Part shown: positions 28,794 through 38,331 of the stretch, in pieces | Position numbering within the stretch: position 1 is the stretch's first letter | How the letters are laid out: each line of letters starts with the position of its first letter | Sequence record: NC_042098.1 | Direction: 5' to 3' (one strand) | DNA: 64,000 bases | The notes under the pieces: generated by a model | Told to the model about the DNA's origin: nothing | The model's input: only the letters and a program-made list of their open reading frames with translations | Databases searched by the model: none | Position numbers and translations under genes: made by a program

Positions 28794-31286
28794 ATGCTGA
28801 TTAAATTTATTGAGCTATACAATTATCAGCGATTGAAGAACAAAGGTATCAATCGCATCACCATGACCTTCAGTGAAGTGGTGCAAGTTATTCTGGGTAA
28901 GAACGGCAGTGGTAAGTCATCGCTGATTCGCGAGCTCTCACCACTGCCACCTGCGAATGACGAGTATGATAAAGACGGTTACAAACATATCGTCATCGAA
29001 CACAAAGGCGCGGAGTATGAGTTGTACTCCCAGCCTGGCTCGCCATCACGTCACACCTTTAAGCGTAATGGCGAAGACCTGAACGAAAGCATGACCATGA
29101 ATGCGCAGAAGATCTTAGTGAAAGAACACTTTGGGTACACTGCCGAAATCCATGAAGTCTTGCTGGGGATGGTGAATGGGGTTTCCTTTACTTCCATGAC
29201 CCCGCAGAAGCGCCGTGAGTGGTTCACCTTACTCCACCCAACTGACCTGTCGTATGTCATTGAATTGCATCAGGTGTTAAAGGTGATGTTGCGTGATGCC
29301 AAAGGCGGAATCAAAACCAGTAACCAGCACTTGACAGACCTGTACGGTCAGCGTCAGGAAGGGGTGACAGTTGAAGCACAGCAAAGTCAACTGGACGATA
29401 TCCAACACCGACGTGATCGCATTGCACGGTTTATCTCGGATGAGTTAGCCGGGAAGAACTTCAAGCAAGAGCTCGATAACGACATGTACCGGTTGAAAGA
29501 TATCGGTGAGCGTTTCCAGGCCAACCCGCCATTACTGTCACGCAACTATCGGTCACGGGAAGAGATCTTAACCGAGCTGGAGAACTGCCGGGCTGAACTG
29601 GGTAAGCTGGAGTATGCCCACAAGACCCACAGCAACGAACTGGCTGAGCTTTCAAAGAACGAGATCTTTACCAGCGGTGATGCTGAGAAAGACAAAGCAG
29701 AACTGGAAGCCTCTAAGCTTGCTATTGCTGAGCATCTCGAACAAAGCCGGGCAGCCCATGCGGATGCGATGAACCGTTTAGGGGATAACCCTTTATGGCA
29801 AAAAATGTACAGTATGCCGTTTGAGCAGGTACGGGTGGTGTTATCACAGGTGGAGAACCTGATCGATCACCTGTTGCGTATGGTGCCGATGGATGAGCGC
29901 AAGAACACCTTGATGTTCTATGACCGTGCCCGCCGCAGCCAGTATGATCTGCAGGTGATGATTGAAGGGTTAGAGCAAGAAGACAAGAAGTACAGTCACC
30001 AGCTCTCCCATTTCAATTCAGCCGATAAGACCGAGTGTCCGTCGTGTCATCATCGCTGGGTACCGGGAGTATCTGAGCGGCAGATGGAAGAAGTCAAGCA
30101 GAAGCACAATGCGGTGAACGTGGAACTCACCACAGCCCGGGAGCGACTGGGTCGGTGTAATGCCTACCTTGAAGCCAATGAGACGTGGTATCAGGCTGCC
30201 AGTGCGTATATCCGCTATACCGAAACCATGCCAGAGTGTCGGGATGTGTTTGAGTGGATGCTGGCGAATGATGTCCTCTATATGGCTAACCGGGAATTCG
30301 CGGCGATTCTGCCGACCATCAAGCACGGTATCTTAAGTCGTGAAGCGTTGGCGAATGATGAGCAGCGTCTGGTGCAGATTGACAATAAGCTGAAGCTCTT
30401 TACCAACGATGCCATTGAGTGGCATACCCGCCGTTACAATGAGCATGAGACAGCTTTAAGTCAGGTAATCAGTCAGACCCAAGCAATCAATCACACCATG
30501 GCGGTGCTAAAGAAAGATCTGCGTCTGGTCGATGACAGTCTGATGATGGCAGAAGTCGCACGGGTCTCAATGGAGGGGGTGCGGGTCAATACCGGTAACC
30601 TGGCTAAGCAGGCGATTGCCAATACGGCCAATGACGAATACCGGATGTTGGGGGATCAACACAAATCCATCACTGCAGGGCTCTATAACGCCCGCTCACT
30701 GGAGTCAACCATTCTCAGCACTGAATCCCACGTGCAGTCAATGAAAGCCTCTAAGGACGCGCTGGAGCTCTTGGTGAAGGCCACCTCACCAACCGAAGGC
30801 ATTCCGGCTGAACAGTTGTCTGAGTTCATTGAAACCTTTGTCGGTAACATGAACGCGATCATCTCCGATATCTGGGGTGACAATCTGCAGATCAAACCGT
30901 GTAACATGGAAAACGGCGACCTCTCCTTTAAGTTTCCGTTAATCTCAGGTGACTTTGAAGGCGGGGCGAAAGATGTCTCTGACTCCTCAACCGGGGAAGC
31001 GCAGATCATCAACTACGTCTTCCGGTTAGTGGTGATGCAGTACCTGGGCTTTGAACAGTATCCGTTGGTCATGGATGAGGCGGGCGCGAACTTCGATGAA
31101 GCACACCGTCCGGCATTAATGAACTACATCAAACGTGCCTCAGAGTCTGGGGTCTATTCGCAGATCTTTTTGATCTCTCACTATATCGCACAGCACGGTG
31201 TATTAACCCATGCAGAAGTCTGCGCTTTGTCTAACGATGGTGTCGCACTGCCTGAGACATACAACGACCATGTTGTTATCGAGTAA
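28794..31286 (+). CDS. sbcC: SbcC/Rad50-like SMC ATPase
   Basis: Walker A GKNGSGKSS, coiled coils, CPSC zinc hook, SSTGE signature, Walker B LVMDE, ISH H-loop. Confidence 0.92.
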   Translation: MLIKFIELYNYQRLKNKGINRITMTFSEVVQVILGKNGSGKSSLIRELSPLPPANDEYDKDGYKHIVIEHKGAEYELYSQPGSPSRHTFKRNGEDLNESMTMNAQKILVKEHFGYTAEIHEVLLGMVNGVSFTSMTPQKRREWFTLLHPTDLSYVIELHQVLKVMLRDAKGGIKTSNQHLTDLYGQRQEGVTVEAQQSQLDDIQHRRDRIARFISDELAGKNFKQELDNDMYRLKDIGERFQANPPLLSRNYRSREEILTELENCRAELGKLEYAHKTHSNELAELSKNEIFTSGDAEKDKAELEASKLAIAEHLEQSRAAHADAMNRLGDNPLWQKMYSMPFEQVRVVLSQVENLIDHLLRMVPMDERKNTLMFYDRARRSQYDLQVMIEGLEQEDKKYSHQLSHFNSADKTECPSCHHRWVPGVSERQMEEVKQKHNAVNVELTTARERLGRCNAYLEANETWYQAASAYIRYTETMPECRDVFEWMLANDVLYMANREFAAILPTIKHGILSREALANDEQRLVQIDNKLKLFTNDAIEWHTRRYNEHETALSQVISQTQAINHTMAVLKKDLRLVDDSLMMAEVARVSMEGVRVNTGNLAKQAIANTANDEYRMLGDQHKSITAGLYNARSLESTILSTESHVQSMKASKDALELLVKATSPTEGIPAEQLSEFIETFVGNMNAIISDIWGDNLQIKPCNMENGDLSFKFPLISGDFEGGAKDVSDSSTGEAQIINYVFRLVVMQYLGFEQYPLVMDEAGANFDEAHRPALMNYIKRASESGVYSQIFLISHYIAQHGVLTHAEVCALSNDGVALPETYNDHVVIE

Positions 31287-31306
31287 CTAGGCTTAAGGAG
31301 TCTATT

Positions 31307-32707
31307 GTGTCGGCTATTCCTGCTAATCTGTATTACGGTCCTGAGGTTCCGGTCGACGCATTGCCTGGTGCAGTGTTTAACGACGGTACATGTTTGTATC
31401 GCGGAGGTGAACACGGCTGGTTGTATATGTGTCATCTCCACACTGTTTTAAACACTCTCGATTCACCGTTGGCAGCGTATGCTGCTGAACCGAACAACGG
31501 CACGATCGCTGAGCTTAATGAACCGTTCGCGGTTTACCATCAAGGTAACTGGTTGGAGTTGGACAAAGACGCCGTACCGGACCTGAATGCGACGGTGGTC
31601 TTCAAAGATGAAGATGTGCGCGCAATCGCCGCCGACAGCAATAGAACCTGTTTAGTGTTTATGGACGGCAGCAACGGCACACAGGTGGCTTTCAAGGTAA
31701 CACTGTACCTTTGCCATAAAGGCGAAGTGGTGGGGCTTGGTGACTACGACTACGTTAGCGCCGATAATCTACCGCTGCTGCAGAGAATGATGTTCGGTAA
31801 CCGGGGAGGGGGTATGGTTGAATACATGGAGTTAGATATCACGTCACGGTTTATCGTGAACAAAGGGCATTTGCCGGAGGTGGGCGATACCTGGATCGAT
31901 AACGAGTTCAACGAATACGTGTACAGTCCGACACGGTTGTGGGATCGTATTGGTAAGCTTGCCTTTGTGTATAAAGGTAGCCTGGCTTCCGGTATCGATG
32001 CCCTGCGTCACCCCGGCCCGCATAACACCGGCGACACGTACTTGGTTGACAATTTTGCGTATGTCTATAACAAAATCGTGAACCGCTTTGTGGTGTTGCA
32101 AGTTGACCCGGGTAACGATAACACACCGTTTGATCTCTATCCTGATGGCGCGCTCGAACCCATTCCAATGCAGGGGATCTATCGCCGCAGTACTGATGCC
32201 TTGCCTAGTGAACCCAATGGCTGTGGGTATGTCGTGATTGAGCAAGATGGCAGTCATGTCATCTACAATCAGTACGGATTGCGTATTGACTGCGATGTGG
32301 TGGAAACCACCGAGCGCACCGAGTCCCGCACACCGATGGTGGTGATCGGCGATAACGCGTTGCTGAGACTTTATTACGAAGCCAACGACATGGACCCTTG
32401 TGAAGGGGATGTCTGGGTGAATGATAAACAGCTCATGACCTTCTTTGCTGGCGAATGGACGTTATTACCCGTGGGTCGTCTCTACACGGAACGCCACCAA
32501 CCGCTGCGTGATAAAGTTCAGGCATTGCGTGAACTGATTGACAGTGGTCGGTTCAAAAGTGTGATCGACAAAGCCCGAGAGCAGGAGTTTGAACGCGAGC
32601 TGGCCGAGTATGACGCTGTCCGCAAACAACCCCCGCTAGAACAAGAACCCAAAGACACTTCTTTCTTTGCACCGATCAAAGCCTTCTTTAAGCGTTTGAT
32701 ACAGTAA
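31307..32707 (+). CDS. Hypothetical protein with degenerate GD-x-W/Y repeats
   Basis: 466 aa; GTG start with AAGGAG. Confidence 0.75.
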   Translation: MSAIPANLYYGPEVPVDALPGAVFNDGTCLYRGGEHGWLYMCHLHTVLNTLDSPLAAYAAEPNNGTIAELNEPFAVYHQGNWLELDKDAVPDLNATVVFKDEDVRAIAADSNRTCLVFMDGSNGTQVAFKVTLYLCHKGEVVGLGDYDYVSADNLPLLQRMMFGNRGGGMVEYMELDITSRFIVNKGHLPEVGDTWIDNEFNEYVYSPTRLWDRIGKLAFVYKGSLASGIDALRHPGPHNTGDTYLVDNFAYVYNKIVNRFVVLQVDPGNDNTPFDLYPDGALEPIPMQGIYRRSTDALPSEPNGCGYVVIEQDGSHVIYNQYGLRIDCDVVETTERTESRTPMVVIGDNALLRLYYEANDMDPCEGDVWVNDKQLMTFFAGEWTLLPVGRLYTERHQPLRDKVQALRELIDSGRFKSVIDKAREQEFERELAEYDAVRKQPPLEQEPKDTSFFAPIKAFFKRLIQ

Positions 32708-32727
32708 AGATCGTAGATCATTTTATT

Positions 32728-32737
32728 CCTACATTAC
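32728..32737 (+). promoter_or_regulatory. Putative early (virion RNAP) promoter core CCTACATTAC
   Basis: Resembles the phiKZ early consensus TATATTAC; T-rich upstream; recurs at 40028 and 58068. Confidence 0.5.
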
Positions 32738-32764
32738 CAGATTGGTATAGTCATCGAGGTCATC

Positions 32765-33109
32765 ATGTTAGTGATACTACCCCTCGGTAATTTGGCCGCA
32801 CGGATTGATCGTGCGCTCCAGGTTACTGATTACGTGTTCTCTGCTGAAGAGATTGCTGAAGCTGCGGTTCATTACATCAACGGAGATGTGGACTGTGCGC
32901 TGGATCAACTCTTTCGCAAGATCAACGCTTTAGATGAGACCTTTGTTGACTTACCGTATAACACCCCTTCTGACCAAGTACTGAAAAAAGTGATTGGTCA
33001 GGTAGGGCGTGAAATCAATACCAATCTATTTAACCTCTATCACGACGTCTGCATCCCGCACTTTGTGAGCGCAGGAGAACATCAAGTCGTGTTAACTGTC
33101 GATATGTAG
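32765..33109 (+). CDS. Hypothetical protein
   Basis: 114 aa, GAGG RBS, tightly packed. Confidence 0.7.
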   Translation: MLVILPLGNLAARIDRALQVTDYVFSAEEIAEAAVHYINGDVDCALDQLFRKINALDETFVDLPYNTPSDQVLKKVIGQVGREINTNLFNLYHDVCIPHFVSAGEHQVVLTVDM

Positions 33110-33118
33110 GAGTTACTC

Positions 33119-33607
33119 ATGAGCAGTATTCATCGCGTCTTTTCCACGGACTTACAAACTATCAAAGACACTCCGACGCCGGAGCTCGAAGATAGTGTTA
33201 CTGTCGCCCGGAGGATTGCCATGCAGCAACAGCATCAAACGAGTTTCCTGATACTTTTCAAAGAGCGTGCACGTCAATGCACCGATGGCTTTGATAAGTG
33301 GCGGATGGATAAAACCAACAACCCTCTGTTTGAACAGACGGCACGCCAGCGCTTAGCGGGCATCGCCATCAACATCTACCAGGAAGTCACCGGTGAGGTG
33401 GTCAGCAGCGACACCAGGCACCAGTTGATTAAATGGGCAGAAGACAACAAAGTGATCATCATCAACCATGTTGTCGGCATGCAGCTGTGGCACCGCATGG
33501 TGAACAACACCCCGGCTGAAACCCAGCTCCAGGTGTTCAGTGGTGGTCGGCAAGCTCTGATGTTCTCTTTCAAAATCCCCGGGGCGAAGCATCCTTATCT
33601 TATATAA
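33119..33607 (+). CDS. Hypothetical protein
   Basis: 162 aa, AGGAG RBS. Confidence 0.75.
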   Translation: MSSIHRVFSTDLQTIKDTPTPELEDSVTVARRIAMQQQHQTSFLILFKERARQCTDGFDKWRMDKTNNPLFEQTARQRLAGIAINIYQEVTGEVVSSDTRHQLIKWAEDNKVIIINHVVGMQLWHRMVNNTPAETQLQVFSGGRQALMFSFKIPGAKHPYLI

Positions 33608-33613
33608 GGTGTC

Positions 33614-33946
33614 GTGATGAAGCTGCAATATCATGCTATCATCCCTATCCCCTCTATGCCGGCTATTTGTCAGCAGTACGGTATTTCGCGTGAAGGGCTC
33701 GTGCGAATGGTATTGGAATACCTGGAGGGGAATGAGTATCAGATGATGAGACGCATCCAAGAACTGCCTGCTGTGACTGACCCTGACATGACTGAAGCGG
33801 TTGTAGCCGCTGTTTCACGTGCCATGTTGGAGTTCCTGGATTCGTTACCTGAGGTTAGTATAGGTCAACATATTCGGGATATCTATTTGATAGCAGCCCA
33901 TTCATTAACCGCCCATGTCGGATTCGCTGTGTGCGATGACGAGTAG
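33614..33946 (+). CDS. Hypothetical protein
   Basis: 110 aa, AAGGTG RBS. Confidence 0.7.
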   Translation: MMKLQYHAIIPIPSMPAICQQYGISREGLVRMVLEYLEGNEYQMMRRIQELPAVTDPDMTEAVVAAVSRAMLEFLDSLPEVSIGQHIRDIYLIAAHSLTAHVGFAVCDDE

Positions 33947-33952
33947 ATTCCC

Positions 33953-34363
33953 ATGACCCTTTATAAAGAACACGTGGTGTTGTGTATTGTCCAATCTGAT
34001 GCAACCACCGAAGCCTGGGCCGAGCTATCGCAGCTAGTTTTCGACAACCCGACTTTGATGTTTGATCAGGAAGACTTTACCCGCCTCCTTAATTTAGCGT
34101 TGGCCGATGACCGGGATGAGATGATCAAATACATCCGCACCGCACTCACGGTCGACCTAAATATCGAGCTCATTAATTGGCTCACAGACAGCATGCTTGA
34201 CATCGCCTATGCTCTTCGCAAATCGTTACCGGTGTTAACACCCACACAACCCGGAGTTGTGACCAAGTGTGAGTACCTGTCCCATTGCAGGCGCAACGTC
34301 GTACTAAAAGCTACCATCCTCGAACCTTTACCTAAGGAGCATTTGACAGTTATTCACTTCTGA
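33953..34363 (+). CDS. Hypothetical protein
   Basis: 136 aa, tight packing. Confidence 0.7.
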   Translation: MTLYKEHVVLCIVQSDATTEAWAELSQLVFDNPTLMFDQEDFTRLLNLALADDRDEMIKYIRTALTVDLNIELINWLTDSMLDIAYALRKSLPVLTPTQPGVVTKCEYLSHCRRNVVLKATILEPLPKEHLTVIHF

Positions 34364-34437
34364 CTTTGGGAGAAGTGACCAAGGCCGTGGGGGTATAAGC
34401 CTCCACTTAAAGAACCACGACTTCGGTAAAAACCAAA

Positions 34438-35205
34438 ATGAAAACGATCAACGCGATCCTTCACACCCTCGTGCTGTTTGCACTTGTCTTCGTTGCACAA
34501 TCCTCACTGGTCCACGCCTCGACATCAACTGGAAAAGCTGCCGTCCAGTTTAATCAAGCAGGGTGGGATAAATACAAATCCACATTAACCCGAGCCTCGT
34601 TAGCATCCGGTGTACCGGTCACTGAGCTCGTGATCTTTACCTCTATTGAGTCTGACTTCGAAGCCAAGGCCCGCAACACAGCCGGGAGCAATGCAGGCGG
34701 ACTGACCCAATTCATTCCAAGTACTTGGCGATCGATGGTGCGAACCCACCACAAAAAGTACGGGTTAAGTAAAAACGTGTCTCGTTTTAATGCCTATGCC
34801 AACGCGGCTATGACCGCAGAGTATATTAAGCAGAACAGGAGCCTTCTACAACAGGCACTAAAACGGGAGATCACCACTACCGATGTCTATATGGCTCACT
34901 TCCTTGGCCCGGGTACTGCAATTCAAGTCCTGAAGGCCAAAGGTAACCGCTCGATCACATCTGTTGTAAAGGCGACAAAAGGAAATGCCCGCTTGTTTTA
35001 CAACAAAGGTCGACCATTAACGGTTGCGCAGTTTAAAGCCAATATGGCCCGCAAAGTGGCTAACCACCGCCAGGTCTATAAACCCGTTGCCGTAAAGTAC
35101 GCTGTACGCTACGAGGAAAACCAACGCCTCGATGCACTTATCGCCAAAGTCAATGATAAGCCAGTGCGCGTCGGGTTTAGTACCGCATACGTCAGGGAAA
35201 TGTAA
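34438..35205 (+). CDS. Lytic transglycosylase (SLT family, phiKZ gp144-like catalytic domain) with N-terminal signal peptide
   Basis: SIES catalytic Glu, AGGLTQFIPSTW and YMAHFLGPG motifs; hydrophobic N-terminus ending VHA/S. Confidence 0.88.
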   Translation: MKTINAILHTLVLFALVFVAQSSLVHASTSTGKAAVQFNQAGWDKYKSTLTRASLASGVPVTELVIFTSIESDFEAKARNTAGSNAGGLTQFIPSTWRSMVRTHHKKYGLSKNVSRFNAYANAAMTAEYIKQNRSLLQQALKREITTTDVYMAHFLGPGTAIQVLKAKGNRSITSVVKATKGNARLFYNKGRPLTVAQFKANMARKVANHRQVYKPVAVKYAVRYEENQRLDALIAKVNDKPVRVGFSTAYVREM

Positions 35206-35236
35206 AAGTTAACATACCTGCACGATAATATACATT

Positions 35237-35268
35237 GGGAGGGGCGCAGGTCTCTCCCTTTTATGCCG
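35237..35268 (+). terminator. Hairpin + TTTTATGCCG element
   Basis: GGGAGGGGC-GCAG-GTCTCTCCC-TTTTATGCCG. Confidence 0.8.
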
Positions 35269-35300
35269 TTTGAATTTATTAACCCCCAAGGAGGCTGTGT

Positions 35301-35714
35301 ATGCCTGCGTTATTGCGTACTGCCAATACCAGCTGTAACACCATTGGCCATGAGTATCACTCCCCGTTAAACGAACAGGTCATCATGATCAGCGATAACC
35401 AAATGAAAATGTTAATAGCCATGCCTGCGAGCAAACTGAATCTATTAACACGTAATCCGGTCTACGCTGACAATGGCATTGAATCTGTGTTCGTGCATCC
35501 CCGGTTTATTGAGCTGGCTGGCCTGATCCAGTTAAGCGCCTATGCCAAAGACCCCGCATGGCAGCAGCATGACCTCAGTAGCATGATGGTCTACCTCGGG
35601 ATGGTCGGGCGTAACAATGTTCGTCTGGTTGAAGTAAATGCCCACCTGGCCAGTTGCGGCATGCTCACGTTGCGCCGTAGTGCCCTTGAGTTTGCCAAAC
35701 CCGTTATGTCTTAA
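35301..35714 (+). CDS. Hypothetical protein
   Basis: 137 aa, AAGGAGG RBS. Confidence 0.7.
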   Translation: MPALLRTANTSCNTIGHEYHSPLNEQVIMISDNQMKMLIAMPASKLNLLTRNPVYADNGIESVFVHPRFIELAGLIQLSAYAKDPAWQQHDLSSMMVYLGMVGRNNVRLVEVNAHLASCGMLTLRRSALEFAKPVMS

Positions 35715-35759
35715 TGGACAAACACTTACTATTATCTGTTAATTAATCTGGAGTGCCTT

Positions 35760-36206
35760 ATGATTCAACCTATTAACGTTCCCGGGATGGTGATCAACCC
35801 TGAAGTCTCCCGTGAAGTGATCTTAATGACCAGTGAACAGCTGGACCGTTTCTCGATTGCTGCCTTTGACATGCTGGCGCTAGGTAATACCGTATTCAGT
35901 GGTGAGTTCGGCAGTTATGTCACACCATCGCGTGACGAGTTCATGCAGGCTTACCTGCGTCCATTGCAAGCCCCTGACTCGGTAAGGCGCTACAATGAGA
36001 TCGATCAAACCCAAGTCGCCTGTCTGGTCGATTCAATTACCCGTAACGAAAAAGGCGATCTGATTGGGCGGGTGATCCCACATGGTCCGAATGGCCCGAA
36101 ACTTGAGAAGCTGTTTAAAGAAAAGAAACAGAAGTTCAAAGTCTTTCCACGACTCAAGTGGGAAAATGGCTGGAAGTTCGTGGCGTTTGATGTGGGGTAT
36201 AAGTAA
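35760..36206 (+). CDS. Degenerate prohead-protease-like protein (T4 gp21/phiKZ gp175 fold), probably inactive
   Basis: GEFG, RYNEIDQTQV, GRVIPHGPNG..L, FPR and VAFDV follow the protease motif order; catalytic His and Ser positions substituted. Confidence 0.55.
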   Translation: MIQPINVPGMVINPEVSREVILMTSEQLDRFSIAAFDMLALGNTVFSGEFGSYVTPSRDEFMQAYLRPLQAPDSVRRYNEIDQTQVACLVDSITRNEKGDLIGRVIPHGPNGPKLEKLFKEKKQKFKVFPRLKWENGWKFVAFDVGYK

Positions 36207-36527
36207 ATGGTACGCGCCGATACAACCATCGCAACAAAAGGAAAGGTTGTGCGCTTGAGTGTCACTGGCTACGGAGTGATGAGTATGGATGGGGTTATGG
36301 TGGATGATCCTAAGCAGCGCGTAAACATGCGCACTGCGCACCCCAGCCAAAGTTCTTACCCACTACCGGGTGAAAAGAAATGGTACGAAGTTAAACGGGT
36401 AGAACAGACAGCCAATGGTTGGTGTTATCCGGTGGTCGGTTTATTTAAGTATCCCGGTGATGCCACAAACTTTATTCAATCCCTTATTCAGAAATACAAA
36501 CTCGATCAGGAAAAACCCCATGAGTGA
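36207..36527 (+). CDS. Hypothetical protein
   Basis: 106 aa abutting the upstream stop. Confidence 0.6.
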   Translation: MVRADTTIATKGKVVRLSVTGYGVMSMDGVMVDDPKQRVNMRTAHPSQSSYPLPGEKKWYEVKRVEQTANGWCYPVVGLFKYPGDATNFIQSLIQKYKLDQEKPHE

Positions 36528-36999
36528 AATTACCGTAAAAGTTGTTGGCCCAATTCAAGCGGGTAAAACTGCGATCGCCTCTTTATTGGACAATGCCCTG
36601 CGTGCCAATGGTATCACGGCAAAGATCCAGTCTGACTCAGCGCTGTCCTATCTGCGTGAAGCCAAGAACCACGTCCCAACCAATGTCAGCGTGACGATCA
36701 TTGACGGCACCACCGACGGTGTGCGTGAATTTGGCAACAGCGATGATGTCATTCCAATCCGTGGTCGCATCATGGGTATCGAAGTCCAACCGGTCAAATA
36801 TACCCCCGCTGAAGCGACAGTGGTTGCACTGGCCGATGCTAACGCCTTTGCCGTGTATCGCCGTGAATGGCTGAACAATACTTCGCTGGCGGTCTGGGTG
36901 GGTGACTTCCATGTTGAAAGCGATGCCATTGACTGCGCCAACACCCTGGCTGAGAAATACGGCACCGCCGCTGACTTCCTTTATAAGGCAGGTTTGTAA
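36520..36999 (+). CDS. Small protein with N-terminal P-loop-like motif (start revised to MSEITV)
   Basis: VKVVGPIQAGKTAIASLL; AGGA RBS. Confidence 0.7.
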   Translation: MSEITVKVVGPIQAGKTAIASLLDNALRANGITAKIQSDSALSYLREAKNHVPTNVSVTIIDGTTDGVREFGNSDDVIPIRGRIMGIEVQPVKYTPAEATVVALADANAFAVYRREWLNNTSLAVWVGDFHVESDAIDCANTLAEKYGTAADFLYKAGL

Positions 37000-37001
37000 C
37001 C

Positions 37002-37271
37002 ATGCATCAGTTTACTCCTGAGATGAAAGAAACGTTAAACGAACTCGAGCGTGAGTTAGCCCACATTCGTTTAACGCAACCGAACCGGATTAACACACTG
37101 ATCAAAACCAAGTGTTTTAGCCTGACCCGGAAAACAAAGTCACCGCACGTCAAACGGGTTCTGCAGTCAATTACTGCTACCCCGTTGTCGGTTGTAAAGT
37201 TAGAAGAAGTTCTGAAGCTTTACCATGAAGTGGATAGTGGTGAAGTGGAACTCTCTATCCAGCAGGTTTGA
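37002..37271 (+). CDS. Hypothetical protein
   Basis: 89 aa, tight packing. Confidence 0.65.
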   Translation: MHQFTPEMKETLNELERELAHIRLTQPNRINTLIKTKCFSLTRKTKSPHVKRVLQSITATPLSVVKLEEVLKLYHEVDSGEVELSIQQV

Positions 37272-37744
37272 GGGGGGTAGAATGGCGTTGGCTTTCGATT
37301 CTTAACGAGTCGGACTTCAACGCAATGACCTTCCTCGCGGTGAAACAATACCACGCTCAGTCTATCTACTGGAAACGACTGGGTGTGGATTGGAACACCC
37401 CTAAGCCTGAGACTGTCCACAAGTTTATGGCGACCTATGTGAAGAATGCCCCGATCAAACTGATGATCCGTAACGCGGATGCGGTGATGATTGGGTTTGC
37501 ACTACTCAGTACCGAACGCACGGATAAAGGACTTGTCTGTCACATCGACGAGGTGTTTATCGACGAACCCTATCGTAATAAGGGCATTGGTAAGAAAACG
37601 CTTATTAGGATTAAACGGCACGCCGAAAAACAGAAGATCGCTGCATTGACCTTGAACGTCAGTGCTGCCAATCCCGTTCGTGCACTTTATGAACGTATGG
37701 GGTTTGAACCAGTGCAGGTGAAATACCAGATGCGGCTGGGTTGA
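37268..37744 (+). CDS. GNAT family N-acetyltransferase
   Basis: IDEVFIDEPYRNKGIGKK (motif A), LTLNVSAANPVRALYERMGF (motif B); start uncertain. Confidence 0.9.
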   Translation: MRGVEWRWLSILNESDFNAMTFLAVKQYHAQSIYWKRLGVDWNTPKPETVHKFMATYVKNAPIKLMIRNADAVMIGFALLSTERTDKGLVCHIDEVFIDEPYRNKGIGKKTLIRIKRHAEKQKIAALTLNVSAANPVRALYERMGFEPVQVKYQMRLG

Positions 37745-37762
37745 CCTAGTGAGGAGTTTGTC

Positions 37763-38317
37763 GTGTCTATCTATCGCATTGAAATCCACCCGAACGCCAC
37801 CAGTGGTCTTACGGTACTTGTCAGCACCGCTGAAGGTATACGCCGGTTGGCATTAATGGAAGGGTGTTCGGAACATGGAGCGTTTGTAGTTGTACGGGAT
37901 AAAGTCATACGGTTCTATCATTGGGATGTGCGACGGGAAGAAGACCGGGTGCTGTTCAATGCTGACGGTCTGGCACGGAACGCGCTGGTTGGGATCGAAG
38001 CCTTGTTGTGCAAGAACAAAGATTGGGGGTTTGGTGGGACGCGTTTCCTGGCTTTTATGACAGGTGGCTTAAAACACCGCTGGAACGAGTACAGCAACAC
38101 GCGGGGGTTTATCCGAGCAGAACATCATCATTTGGTACACACTCGCGTAGATCGCCGTGAGGAGCGTGTATTCGTGACATTAGGGGATTGGGCACAACAC
38201 GCACCGTGGAACTTGCGCCTGGACCGTAAAACCCCCTATTCAACGAAATTCAGAGAGGTGGTTGAACGCCTCGTCCGTCAGGAGTTCGACTTACCGGCGG
38301 TCTTTGACATTAATTAA
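37763..38317 (+). CDS. Hypothetical protein
   Basis: 184 aa, GAGGAG RBS with GTG start. Confidence 0.7.
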   Translation: MSIYRIEIHPNATSGLTVLVSTAEGIRRLALMEGCSEHGAFVVVRDKVIRFYHWDVRREEDRVLFNADGLARNALVGIEALLCKNKDWGFGGTRFLAFMTGGLKHRWNEYSNTRGFIRAEHHHLVHTRVDRREERVFVTLGDWAQHAPWNLRLDRKTPYSTKFREVVERLVRQEFDLPAVFDIN

Positions 38318-38331
38318 CCTAAGGTGCTTTC

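Noticed and set aside
28794-31286. Bacterial SMC/Wadjet-type defence ATPase
   Set aside because: CxxC zinc hook and position after the spike gene match the core SbcC/Rad50-like gene of phiKZ-like phages; no partner defence genes are adjacent
34364-34437. Riboswitch-like leader before the transglycosylase
   Set aside because: Only two short hairpins and no recognisable aptamer consensus
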